The notes below the pieces were generated by a model. The model ran no database searches. It was not told where the DNA came from and worked only from the letters and a program-made list of their open reading frames with translations. Source: the human T2T-CHM13v2.0 reference genome, Homo sapiens. From it: a stretch of 64,000 nucleotides of DNA. This document shows positions 33,101 to 51,112 of this stretch, piece after piece; position 1 is the first letter of the stretch, and each line of letters starts with the position of its first letter. The stretch lies in the NCBI RefSeq assembly GCF_009914755.1, contig NC_060930.1; one strand, 5' to 3'. Both the position numbers and the translations under genes were made by a program.

Positions 33101-34647
33101 AAACATGCTTTCTTTATTCTGAAGTTCTCAAAATCCTAATAATTGAGTAACTTTATTCTTTCCCTGTGTAACTCCAGGCAATTTATTGAACCTCTATGCA
33201 CCTAAGATTCAGGGATGCAATGAGAATGATAAAACTGCTCTATCAGCTGATTTATGTGAGAATTAAATCAGCCAATGCATGTAAATTCCTTAACTTGGTC
33301 CTACACAGAAAATTCTTTAATGTGTTAACCAATACTCTGTATGAAGTGAATGATATCATGTATATTATTTTGCAAACTCCTATTTTGCATATAGGTGCAG
33401 ACATAGCTTCAGGTAAATACATGCAAACTAACTTATCTTTTAATATCTTAAAATTTTTCCATTACAAGGATACAAAAACTATTCTACCAATTACCTGTTG
33501 AAGAAACTCATGTTTAATTCCGGTTTATTTTGCCATCATAAACAATGCTGTGAAAGCATTCTTGTATATCGAGGATCACATATATGCCTTTACTTCTGTA
33601 GGATAGATTCTTTTTAAAAATATTTTAACTTTTATTTTAGGTTCAAGGGTGGACTTTTAATCTAGATGCTGAGACTAGCACATATGTATACTTTTGCACT
33701 ATGAAAATATCAATAATTTTTTTCTCCAAGTGTAGTAACTTACAGTTGCACTAAAGTATATAAGATTTTCCAGGTTCATTGAAATTCCCTAAGAAATACT
33801 ATATACTCTTATGATAAAAAATATATGTATAAAATTTATATTAGATTTCCGCATGTATGAATTTAATAAAGCAACTTTATAATTTTGCCAGAAGCCCAGC
33901 ACAGTGCCTAGAATGTATAATTTCACAGTATATTTTAGTTAAAATATTATAATTATGCCAATTGAGGGATGTATAATATTAGTAATAAACACTGAAATTA
34001 CAAACATACTACTTCTGATATTATCAGGCCTAACAAAAACAAACTTGGTTGAATGTTATAAAATCAGTTACACATAAAAACATTATTATTAGCTATTACC
34101 CACTACATATTTTTCAAAATTCTGTTGATTTAACTCATTTGCTAGATTAATATAATCATCTCATTCAAGACCATAAAATCAATTTCCCATTTGTTTTATT
34201 TTATCTATATCTATGACAAACACTTTAAACCAAAATTTGAAGTGAATGTATTATAAAATAATTAGTATAAAATAAAAGCTATTCAAAAGACATATACTTC
34301 TATTGTATGGATATGTAAAATGAGTAAGAATGAGTAAAATGAGTAAGAAAAACTTTCTGTGTTAGCCACTGGGATTTTTGGTTTGTGTATTACTTTAGCA
34401 TATTATCTCATTTTGAATGCTATAGTTTAGGACACTAGTTTAAACTACTGAAGTTAAAATGTTCTCCTTATTTCAGAGGATACAAGGATCTTACAGTGAC
34501 AGACATCCATTAGTAAGAATTAATTTCTAGAGATAAAGTGAATTCAGTAACCAAAGTGTCAGTAGAGTCAGCATGGTCAAAATAGTCTACATGGGAAATG
34601 TTTGGTGGCTCTTAGTTGATCATGGAGTCTCTAGAACCAAAAGTTAG

Positions 34648-34878
<231 letters not shown>

Positions 34879-35935
34879 TAGAGACACGGTTTCACCATGT
34901 TGGCCAGGCTGCTCTCAAACTCCTGACCTCATGATTCGCCCACCTCGGCCTCCCAAAGTGCTGGGATTACAGGCGTGAGCAACTGCGTCCGGCCCATTTT
35001 TTCTTTTCACCCACCTCGGCCTCCCAAAGTGCTGGGATTACAGGCATGAGCCACTGCACTGAGGCTACAGCTCATTTCTTACCACATAAAGCTTTGCACC
35101 TCTCCACAAAACTGCCATCAGGGATGTCCCCAGAAACCATTCATCCCAGGTGCCACGCAGAGAAGAGTTTCTTGTTATCCTTTTCCCTTTACCTCTTCCC
35201 TCTCACCTCATCATGTTCATTCATTCATCCCTTTTCCATTCTCACTTTTAAGCTTTAACCTTTCAAAAGCCTATCTTCCCCTATAAGTAATGTATTGTAA
35301 CTCCCGCCATCACCATATCCTTCTCCAACCAACCAAACTGCCATCCTGAGTTTATGGAAAGTCCATAAACTAAGAAGAAATGGGAAACATTCATTGCTAA
35401 CTTGGCAGCCCCTCATCCACCCTACGTGAGAGCCCAGATCTTATTGTCTTTGAAGACCCTTTCTTTTTTTTTTTTTGAGAAGCAGTCTCACTGTCGCCCA
35501 GGCTGGAGTGCAGTGGCACAATCTCGGCTCAATGCAAGCTCCAACTCCTGGGTTCACGCCATTCTCCTGCCTCAGCTTCCCGAGCAGCTGGGACTACAGG
35601 CACCCGCCACCACGCCCGGCTGATTTTTTTTGTATTTTCAGTAGAGACAGGGTTTCACTGTTAGCCAGGATGGTCTCGATCTCCTGACCTCATAATCTGC
35701 CTGCCTTGGCCTCCCAAAGTGCTGGGATTACAGGCATGAGCCACCGTGCCCAGCTCCTTTTTTTTTTTAAAGACAGGTCTCACTCTGTTGCCCAGGCTCA
35801 AGTGCAGTGGTGTAATCACAGCTTACTGCAGCCTCCAACTCCTGTGCTCATGCTATCCGCCTGCCTCAGCCTCCCAAGCAGCTAGGACTACAGGCACACA
35901 CCACCACACCTAGCTAATCTGTTTAGTTTTTGTAG

Positions 35936-36061
<126 letters not shown>

Positions 36062-36414
36062 TAAATGCTGCCATATTCAAGACGCGTTGAAACTCACTTG
36101 TATTCGATGAGCCTGCTTTTCGCAAATGAGTAACATAAAACAGACTGAAATACCTTAAGCTTCTCAGCCTTTTACCCTCCTCTGGAATAATGAGTGTATC
36201 CCAAAAGTAAATCCAAAATGAGGTCCAGTTTTTCCTTCATCCTTGGCTATGAAATAGACAAGAAAAAGGCAAGCTAGCCATTTCCATCTCACTATAGCAG
36301 ACTCTCATGTTTGCTTTTTGACCGTATGTGGGAAGCGGGGGCCTGACTGCTTTCCTACTTCCTAAGCACAACTTACTTTTCCTAGGAAATTCTCAACGCA
36401 ACCTACATGGATTA

Positions 36415-37194
<780 letters not shown>

Positions 37195-38154
37195 TCAATT
37201 AGTAACTGCTTTATTTATAAATATAATCTGATACTCAATTTTTCTTACTTTTCCATCTCTATCTGCTGATACAGTCTTAAGGCTGAACTACACTAGAAGG
37301 AAAAATATGTCTTTAGGTCAGGCGCGCTGGCTCCTGTCTGTCATCCAAGCACTTTGGGAGACCGAGGTGGGAGGACTGCTTGAGCCTAGGAGTTCAAGAC
37401 TAGCCTACAAAAAGTACAAAAGTTAGCCAAGCATGGAGGCACACACCTGTGGTCCCAGCTACTTGGGAGGCTGAGGTGGGAGGACTGCTTCAGTCCCGGA
37501 GGTCAAAGCTGTGGTGAGCTGTGTTTGCACCACTACACTCCAGCCTGGGTGACAGAACAAGACCCTATCTCATGAATGAATGAATGAATGAATGAGTGTA
37601 AAATGAAATTAAACTAAACCAGGCTGGGCATGGTAGCTCAGGTCTGTAATCCCAGCACTTTGGGAGGTCGAGGCAGGAGGATCACTTGAGCTCAGGAGTT
37701 CAAGATCAGCCTAGGCAACACAGTGAAACCCAGTCTCTATAAAAAGGCTAAATATTTGCTAGGTGTCGTGGTGCATGCCTGTGGCTCCAGGTACTTGGGG
37801 GGCCGAGGAGGAAGGATCACTTGAGCCCAGGAGGCTGAGCAGTGAGCTGTGATTACGCCACTGCACTCCAGCCTGGGCAACAGAGTGAGGCTGTCTCAAA
37901 AAAAAATTTTTTTTAATTAAACCAAATAAATTCAGTTAACCTAGTCATATATCAAGATCTCAATAGCCACATGTAGCTAGTGGCTACCATTTCAGACAGT
38001 GCAGACATGGGGCATTTCCATCATTGCAAAGGTTCTTTTTTGAAACAAGGTCTCACTCTGTCACCCAGGTGGGAGTACAGTGGTGCAATTATGGCGGACT
38101 GCAGCCTTGACCTACTGGGCTCAAACAATCCTCCTACCTCAGCCTCCCAAGTAG

Positions 38155-38418
<264 letters not shown>

Positions 38419-38688
38419 TGAACTCTTGGCCTCGTGATCCACCCACCTCAGCCTCCCAAAGTGCTGGGATTACAGGCATCAGCCACTGCACCCAGCCACA
38501 ACTCATCTTAAATATTTTGTAGAGATGGGGTCCATGTTGTGCAAACCGATCTCAAACTCCTGGGCTCAAGAGATCCTCTGACCTCGGTCTCCCAAAGGGC
38601 TAGCATTCCAGGTGTGAGCCACCACACCCAGCACTGCAGAGGTTCTATCAATGCTCACCTAGACCCTCTCGAGTCTCTTAAGAATTCA

Positions 38689-39014
<326 letters not shown>

Positions 39015-39093
39015 TTACGTTTTCAAAGAGAATGAACAAGGGTGCATATCCACAAACCATTTCCCCCTACTTGACTAGTTTGCAGAAGTGTCA

Positions 39094-39692
<599 letters not shown>

Positions 39693-40064
39693 TTAGCATG
39701 TGCTGTGTCAGCTATTGCAGAGTACCTGGGAAACAACAATAAATAGGACTCCTGTCTCCTGAGCCCACAGTCCGATCAAAGAGAGAGCCAAAGAAATAAC
39801 AACGGTGCCTGGCGAGAATGTTGGGAGAGCCAGGTTCCGGCTGCAACAGGGCAGAGCACGGGGAAGGTTCCCTCCGCCTGGGGCAGGCGGGGTAAACCTC
39901 CCCACAGAGGGGACAGCTATGAGGAGACTCAGACGCCAAATAGGAATCTTTTCGGCCACATGTCGTGACTCATGCCTGTATTCCCAGTACTTTGGGAGTC
40001 CAAGACAGGAGGTGAAGACCAGCCTCATAGCGAGACTGCATCTCTACAAAATATTTTAAAACTA

Positions 40065-40259
<195 letters not shown>

Positions 40260-41168
40260 TCATCCCAGCACTTTGGGAGGCCAAGGCAAAAAGATCAATT
40301 GAGTCCAGGAGTTTGAGACCAGCCTGGGCAACATAGCAAGACCCTATCTCTAAAAAAATAAAAAGAAAAGGATCTTTTAGTTGGTGATTATGGTGCCAAC
40401 ATGGGCATTCCAGGCAGAAAGAATAGCTCAAGCAAGAGCAGGAGAGCAAATGAGGGCAGTGGAAACAGATCAGTGGCCAGGAGTGAGAAGAGAAGAGGAT
40501 GAAAACCCAGGAGAGAGCAGAGGACACTGAGTGTCCTGACTAGGGGTTAGGACTTTGTCCTATGGGCCTGGGGGAGCCAATGATAGGACTCAAAAATTTT
40601 GATTTGCGGCCGGGCACAGTGGCTCACACCTGTAATCCCAGCGCTTTGTGAGCCTAAGGCAGGAGGATCACTTGATCCCAGGAATTCAAGACCAGCCCGG
40701 GGAACACAACAAGGCCCCATCTCTACAAAAGTAAAAAAAATTAGCCAGGCATGTTGGCCTGTGCCTATGGTCCCAGCTACTCAGGAGGCTGAGGTGGGAA
40801 GATCGCTTGGGCCCAGGAGGTTAAGGCTGCAGTGAGCAGTGATCGCACCACCGCACTCCAGCTTGGGTGACAGAGAGAGAGGTGGTCTCAAAAACACACA
40901 AAAATTTGGATTTGTTAGAAAGACCACTTGGGCACGGGTGACAGGAGGCTGTCTGGAAACAAGGCCAGTAAGGAGTCCACCTTTGAGGACCAAGCGAGTG
41001 GGGCAGAGGCCTGGCTGCTGGTGAGAAGGGAACGTGGACAGGGTAGTGGGTGGTGAGCCCAAAGCTGAAGCGAGGGGAGCACTGCAGTGGGCGCACGGCA
41101 GGGTGGGGGAGGCAAGTGGCATCTCTGCCCAGAGAGAATACACAAGCAGAAAGTTCAACACCGCTTAC

Positions 41169-41343
41169 CTGGTGAAACCCTACAAGCGTTTCCACTCCAT
41201 ACGCGCTCTGAATAATGGGATTGTGATGTCTTACACCAATTCTCAAACTGGGTGGCCAGCTGCAGCTGAATCAACTCCAGGTGCCCGTAGTTGCGATACC
41301 AAGAGTAGTAGCTGTTCACACGGATCACATCCACATACAGAGC
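41169..41343 (-). pseudogene. GUSBP: GUSB exon 10 homologue (175 bp; 2-nt deletion; E540-equivalent codon reads Ala)
   Basis: [38 protein letters not shown], then a shifted frame [19 protein letters not shown]; TAG acceptor, GTAAG donor. Confidence 0.95.
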
Positions 41344-42020
41344 CTAGGACCAGAGCAGCAGAGCCCATTCAGCAACCACAAGACCACATGACTCAGTACT
41401 CACATGCTGTGGGGGCTCCTCTGACAGAGAAGGTAAGAAGGGGATGTAATCCCAGCACTCTGGGAGGCTGAGGCAGGAGGGTGGCTTGTGGCCAGGAGTT
41501 CGAGACCAGCCTGGGCAACACAGCAAGACCCCAGCTCTACAAAAAATAGTATCAAGAAAATTAGCATGGCACAGTGGCTCATGCCTGTAATCCCAGCACA
41601 TTGGGAGGCCAAGGTGGGAGGATCACTTGAGCCCAGGAGTTTGAGACCAGCCTAGGCAACATCATAGGACTCCATTTCTACAAAACAAAACAAAAAGCCT
41701 AGAACGGGAAGAGCTGCCTCTCGGGGCTGAGAACACCAACTGCACCAATTTAGATCCTGAAATTACCCTGCCCCACAAGCAAAAAACATGGTCACAAAGT
41801 GGCCCAAAGGAGGCAGGCCTGTGATTGCACACTGACGCTCACGACCTGTGCAGCTGGGAAGGGCTGTGAGAGGCAGAGCAGCTGCCAACACGCAGTCCTC
41901 AGCCAAAACCCAGGGCCCCCGCCACTGGAACTGACTCCTCTCCAGGCAGCACTCCCAGCACTGGGCATCCCCTCACCTTGCCCTGGAGAAGCGCTCCCAC
42001 CCAAGGGGCCAATGCAGTCA

Positions 42021-42339
<319 letters not shown>

Positions 42340-42894
42340 TTAGGAGGCTAAGGCAGGAGGATCACTTGAGCTCAAGAGTTTGAGACTGGCCTGGGCAACA
42401 TAGTGAGATCCCATCTCTACAAAAACATTTAAAATTAGCCGGGCACAGTGGTGTACACCCGGAGTCCCAGCTACTTGGAAGGCTGAGGCAAGAGGGTTGC
42501 TTAGGCCCAGGAATTCAAGGCTGCAGTGAGCTGTGATCACACCACTGCAATCCAGCCAGAGCAACAGAGTAAGACCTTGCCTTCACAAAAAAAAAAAAAC
42601 AAACAAACAGAAAAAACACCTCAGGTTCCAACCCTGGAGTTACTAAATCAGGATCTCAGAATGCAGAGATCTGGCATTTCAAAAAAACTTCCCCTGGAGA
42701 TTCTGATCAGCCAGGTTTGGGCCAGATGAACTCTAAGCTCACTTAAACCTTTGACATTTTATGAGTCTATTAAATCGAGTACAAAAAATGCTGAGTCCAA
42801 ACTGAGCAAACAAATCCCATCTCCCTACACCCAGCCTCCTTGGATTCAGAAAGCCACACTGCCTGGAGAGTAAGCAGAGAGAGAATTGTCATTA

Positions 42895-43074
<180 letters not shown>

Positions 43075-43178
43075 TCAGACTGGCAGCACATGGTTCTTTC
43101 CAGCTGTTCCCATGAGCAGGCTTCAGGACAAGCCCAGGCAAAGGCAGGGAGAAATGGGGTGGGGACCCCCAGGCTCAC

Positions 43179-43263
43179 CCCCTTGTCTGCTGCATAGGTG
43201 ACGTTGGTCACAAAGGTCACAGGCTGGGAGGGGTCCAAGGCTTTGGTGTGAGCAATCACCATC
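43179..43263 (-). pseudogene. GUSBP: GUSB exon 9 homologue (85 bp)
   Basis: [28 protein letters not shown]; CAG acceptor, GTGAG donor. Confidence 0.96.
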
Positions 43264-43385
43264 CTGTCCACAAAAGAGAGAAGACACAGGTTCCGTCAGT
43301 CCGGGAAAGGCTCAGACACCCTCCCATCCTCTCTGTCCCATCTTCCCCTGCCAGAACACAACTGGGGGCCAGGCATGATGGCTCA

Positions 43386-43739
<354 letters not shown>

Positions 43740-44303
43740 CTAACTTGAGATGTGTTTTACATAAGGGCACGTTCCTCTAGTCCTAGACCAAGCTCTCTAA
43801 CAACACTCTTTCTCCCCCACCCCTGAATCCAATTCCCCTAGAGGCGTAGCCACCCTGCCAGGTACACAGTGCTGAGGTCACTGGACTGAACACTGCCAAA
43901 AATGAGGTTTGCTTCCTGAAATAGCTCTTGAACACAGGAGTGAATGGGCTGTGGATTCAGGTGGAATATTTATTAATGCATCAAGCAAACAGGTAGTGTG
44001 AGGTGGGAGGTAGGCACGGGGCTGGGTGCTAGGTGCTCAGTAATGACTCAAATCTAAGTCCACAGGTCCTGGGCAGTGGGAGTGGAGATGCATGCACAGA
44101 AAAACGGTGCAAGTGCCAGGCAAGGTGGCTCACGCCTAGAACCCCAGCACTTTGGGAGGCTTACTTGAGACCAGGTGCTTGAGACCAGCCTGGGCAACAT
44201 AGCAAGACCTTGTTTCTACAACAAATTTAAAAATTAGGGCCGGGCATGGTGGCTCAAGCCTGTGAGCACTTTGGGAGGCCAAGGCAGGTGGATCACGAGG
44301 TCA

Positions 44304-44828
<525 letters not shown>

Positions 44829-45792
44829 TCAAGTTAACCAGGAGGGATGAAGGGAAGAGGCTCCCAACAGAGGGACCAGTCCGTGCTCAGAGCTCCCAGC
44901 ATCTGCCCAAGGCCTCCACAGAACAGACTGTTGTGTTTTTTTGTTTTGTTTTGTTTTGTTTTGAGATACAGAGTCTCATTCTGTAGCCCAGGCTGGAATG
45001 CAGTGGCATTATCTCAGCTCACTGCAATCTCTGCCTCCTGGTTCACCTGAGGCGATTCTTCTGCCTCAGCCTACCTAGTAGCTGGGATTACAGACGTCCA
45101 CCACCATGCCCAGCTAATTTTTGTATTTTTAGTAGAGACAGGATTCACTACCTGTTGACTAGGCTGGTCTCGAACTCCTGACCTCAGGTGATCCACCCAC
45201 CTCAGCCTCCCAAACTGCTGGGATTACAGGCGTGACCCACCGCATCCGGCCTAGACTGTTGTTGAAGCTGGTTTTCTTCTTCTTTCCTCAGTTCTTTTCT
45301 TTTACATCTTCCCCCCATCATTGCTCTGCCCATCCGAAGGCTGTGGCTGGCACAGGACAGAACAGAACCTCCTAGCCTCAAGTTCCAAACCCACATTCTC
45401 CAATAGCCAGGCTCTCAGATGTGAAGCTTCAAAGCCTTGTGACAGCCTGGCTGAACCTCTCCAGCCTGGGCGCTACCTCCATTTCCTGCCCCGGAAACAG
45501 GCATCTCCTCTGGCCACCTCCCAAAGCCTGTCTGGAAGCCTCAGGCACCCGCTCCTGGAAGCCTGTACGATTCACAACAAAGGGCCTGTCCACCCAGTCA
45601 TGCTGAGCACACCCCTATTCCCCCGAGCTCTGAATTGTCCTTTGCCCTGGCTAGGACAACATCTCAGAGCCTTCTGCCTGCTGCAGACTCGGCTCAGCCC
45701 AAATCACTCCATGAAATTGGGGTGTGGCATCTGCCTCAAGGAGCATTTCTACAACCTCTGCTGCCTCTACCGCAAATGAAACTGGCTCTCAC

Positions 45793-45884
45793 CCACTGGC
45801 TCTCGGTGACGGGCACAGTGCGGAGCCCCACAGGGAGTGTGTAGAAGTCAAAGGCCCCAGTGACTTCTGTGCAGTCAGCCGCAC
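45793..45884 (-). pseudogene. GUSBP: Truncated GUSB exon 6 homologue (92 bp up to a candidate new donor)
   Basis: VRLTAQKSLGP, then a 4-nt deletion; the DFYTLPVGLRTV homology lies in the shifted frame and stops at GAGAGCCAGT. TAG acceptor and TGG|GTGAGA candidate donor. Confidence 0.9.
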
Positions 45885-46181
45885 CTATGACAGCCAAAGC
45901 GCCAGGTGTGAGCGCCCCGACAGCCTGAGCCCCATCTGGCCTGCCCTACAGCAGGAAGACCCCTCGTGCATGCACCCCAGCAGTCGCCTCTGGGCCTGCA
46001 GAGAAGCAGCAATCAGAGGCTCTGCCCTTCACTGGCTGACCCTGGGACCTGCCCTTCAAAATCAGGCCTTCTCCTTGACCAGACGAGGTGGCTCATGCCT
46101 GGAATCCCTACCCTTTGGGAGGCTAAGGCAGGAGGATCACCTGAGTTCAGGAGTTCAAGACCAGCCTGGGCAACAGAGTAA

Positions 46182-46424
<243 letters not shown>

Positions 46425-46650
46425 TAAAGTGATCCGCCTGCGTCAGCCTCCCGAAGTGCTGGGATTACAGGCGTGAGCCACCATGCCCGGCCTACAAAAA
46501 AAAATTGTTTAATTAGCCAGGCATGGTGGCATGTGCCTGTAGTCCCAGCTACTCAGGAGGCCAAGGTAGGAGGATTGCAGCTCAAAGCTGCAGTGAGCTG
46601 TGATCAGGCCATTGCATTCTAGCCTGGGTGACAGAGTGAGATCATCACAA

Positions 46651-46689
<39 letters not shown>

Positions 46690-46856
46690 ATATAAATAAA
46701 TAAATAAAAAATCTGGGCCTCCCACCAAGGGTGGGAAACATCAGAAAGCTCAGAGGACCACACCTGCCCGTTCACCTGTCCTGGGCTCCTGCTGAAGCCA
46801 GGGCTACCAGATGGGGGCAAAAGACCTCCCTTAAGCAAGTCCCAAACCACCATTAC

Positions 46857-47044
46857 CTCCCACGAGTACAGGTAGGCGGGGTGTTCGTGCATCAGGTACG
46901 GCCACCAGAGGTTGGCACCCAGCACCTTCAGCTGGCCCTGGGTCCCAGCCTGGTTGTCCACGACTTTGTTTTCTGCATTCAAAAGACACACTTCCAACTT
47001 GAACTGGTTACTGCACTTGATGGAGATCTGGTAATTCACCAGCC
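46857..47044 (-). pseudogene. GUSBP: GUSB exon 5 homologue (188 bp)
   Basis: [62 protein letters not shown]; CAG acceptor, GTAATG donor. Confidence 0.96.
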
Positions 47045-47459
47045 CTGCAGGAGGCAAGAGAGACCAGGGCTTAGGGAGGGACATGACCTGGGTCACACAA
47101 ACGGGAATGCCCCACAATGACCACTCCCAGGCACTCTCATTTGCTTCTGTTGCTTTTTTTTTTTTTTTTTTTTTTGAGATAGAATCTCGCTCTGTCGCCC
47201 AGGCTGGAGTGCAGTGGCATGATCTGGACTCACTGAAACCTCTGCCTCCCAGGTTCAAGTGATTCTCCTGCCTCAGCCTCTGGAATAGCTGGGATTACAG
47301 GCACCTGCCACCACATCCAGTTAATTTTTGTATTGTTAGTAGAGACGGGGTTTCACCACATTAGCCAGGATGGTCTTGATCTCCTGACCTCGTGATCCGC
47401 CTGCCTCAGCCTCCCAAAGTGCTGGGATTACAGGCTTGAGCCACCGTGCCCGGCCCTGA

Positions 47460-47765
<306 letters not shown>

Positions 47766-48282
47766 TAGATTAGATATATTATTAATGAATTGCTTCCTTT
47801 AACACCCTATTCATTGAATTTTCCAGTAAACCACAATTACTAATTACTCCTGAAATCAGAAAAGAGGTTAAAAAGATTTTATAACAGTATCCTATGAAAT
47901 CTACTACTTTCAAGTAATAGTAGTTGAATTACCAAAACCTGTCACTCAAGCCAATGACTACAATTAAGATATCAGTAACATTTCCTAGATAAATAAAGTC
48001 AATTAATTATATTTGCATCTGGGAAATAGAGAAAGTACATATAAGCCATGATTTTGAAGTCAAAAGAGAGAGAATATTTGGCAAGGAGGGGTGAGTTATA
48101 GTATGTAATTATAACATATAGTAGTTTTTTGTATGCTGGTAACTAATTTTAATTTCCTACATTTTTATGTACATTTCTGCTATTCTTGTCCTATTTTCCT
48201 AATCATCTTTCTATATGGATGACTACATAAGTCTGAGAATACCAAAAGAGACAGACACAGAACCAATCGGATTCCTTTCTTC

Positions 48283-48603
48283 TTGAAGCTTCTGCACAGC
48301 AAAAGAAACTATCAACAGAGTGAACAGACAACCTACAGAATGGGAGAAAATTTTTGCAACAATGCACGTGACAAAGATCTAATGTCCAACACTGATAAGG
48401 AACTTAAACAAATTTACAAGGAAAAAAAAATCTCATTAGAAAGTGGGCAAAGGACATAAACAGACACTTCAAAAGAAGACACACATGTGGCCAACAAGCA
48501 TATGAAAAAAAGCTCAATATCACTGATCATTAGAGAAATGCAAATCAAAACCACAATGGCATACCATCTCACACCAGTCAGAATGGTTATTATTAAAAAG
48601 TCA
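48283..48603 (+). mobile_element. L1 ORF2 3' fragment
   Basis: Peptide [32 protein letters not shown]. Confidence 0.85.
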
Positions 48604-48605
48604 AC

Positions 48606-48900
48606 GCCGGGCATGGTGGCTCACGCCTGTAATCCCAGCACTTTAGGAGGCCAAGGCAGGCAGATCGCATGAGGTCAGGAGTTCCAGACCAGCCTGGACA
48701 ACCTGGTGAAACCCCGTGTCTACTAAAAATACAAAAATTAGCCCAGCGTGGTGGCGGGCGCCTGTAATCCCAGCTACTCAGGATGCTGAGGCAGGAGAAT
48801 CACTTGAACCCGGGAGGCAGAGGTTGTAGTGAGCCGAGATCATGCCATTGCACTCTCCAGCTTAGGTGACAGAGCGAGACTCTGTCTCAAAAAAAAAAAA
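48606..48900 (+). mobile_element. AluS
   Basis: Full Alu dimer with A tail. Confidence 0.93.
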
Positions 48901-49082
48901 TATTTGAATTTTGTTTAAATCGCTAACACATACTGGGCATTTAATAACAAAAAAAAAAGGACATGAGATTGTGATCCTTATGAGGGTTTGAGAGGCATTT
49001 CACTAGGGTTCAACAGAGAGCAGTCTGAAACATACTGTAATAATTTAATCCAATGGCTCATCTACAGCACCTAAAAAGATTA

Positions 49083-49985
<903 letters not shown>

Positions 49986-50151
49986 ATTTTTGTAGACAAT
50001 CTAATCTCATAGAAGATTTCAATTCAGACAAAAATCATGAGAATTACTGTATTACAAAAGGGCACTACATGGGGGAAAAGAGTAAAAATCAGAATTAAAA
50101 CAAAGGTTCAAAATTCTGCATCAACCATATCTAGTTACACTTTAATATGTT

Positions 50152-50578
50152 TGTGGCAGACTACATTATTGTTCCCAACTCATCACCCCTCCCTATATCT
50201 ACAACCTTTCCCCAAGACAATGCAGTTCCTCCTGCTAGAGATCAGGTATATTTATCTATACTATCAACGTTAGCCATGGACAAGGTATGTGCTTTGGCTG
50301 ACTGAATGTTAGTGGACATGATAGAAGCAATGGCTTAAAATGTACTTCCAGAACTGGAGTTTCCTTGTGATTCCATCACTGTGACAAAAACACATTCTCA
50401 GGTAGTCCACTGATCCAAGGGGGAACAAACACACAGAAAACATACCTACACTCTATCTGCAGCTTGCAGCCTCACCAAGCCAAGAACAGTCAACTCACAG
50501 ATATGTTAGCAAAAATAAATGTTTTTCATACCTTAAGTTTTATATAATTATTGACCTATAGTTAACTGACATACAATA
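50152..50578 (+). mobile_element. Old MLT1-family LTR
   Basis: TGTGGCAGAC start; AATAAATGTTTTT...AAGTTTT...TAACTGACATACA end. Confidence 0.55.
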
Positions 50579-50651
50579 TACATTAATCTTAAAATATCAT
50601 TATCCCGTTAAAAATATTTACATTAAAAACTGAGACCACTTTCTTTCCTCC

Positions 50652-50842
50652 TTTTTTTTTTTTTAAATTAAGAGACAGGGTGTCTCAATGTTGCCCAAGC
50701 TGGAGTTCAGTGGCTAGTGGCTATTCACAAGAACGATCATCCGATCATCGCACACTACCTCAAACTCCTGGGATCAAGCAATCCTCCTGCCTCACCTTTC
50801 CAAGTAGCTGGGACTATAAGTGTGTACCACAGCATGTCAGCT
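50652..50842 (-). mobile_element. FAM (fossil Alu monomer)-like SINE
   Basis: Monomeric Alu retaining the 7SL-derived AGTGGCTATTCACA...GATCATCGCACACTAC segment. Confidence 0.7.
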
Positions 50843-51112
50843 CTCTCTCTCCTTCTTGACCTAAAGCCTAGCATAAAATTAGCTAAGTAGAATGTTTCCA
50901 AAGATGCCTGCATCAGTATCTCCCATCCCACATAATTTCTGTTTGATTTTGCCATTCACCCATAAAATGGTGGGATCTACCTCCCCTCCTTGCAAATTTG
51001 AGCTGGCCCTCTGATCCTGTCTAAGATCTGAAGCCAGATATTAAGCTACTTCATTAATTTCCATGTTTGTCCTCTATGCAACCTAGCAATCAAGCAAGAA
51101 GTCAAAACCTAC

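Noticed and set aside
46509-47258. 249-aa minus-strand ORF as a real gene
   Set aside because: Read-through of Alu, intron, GUSB exon 5 and another Alu; only the 188-bp exon is coding-derived.
50652-50842. 7SL RNA gene or pseudogene
   Set aside because: Lacks the S domain; fits a fossil Alu monomer.
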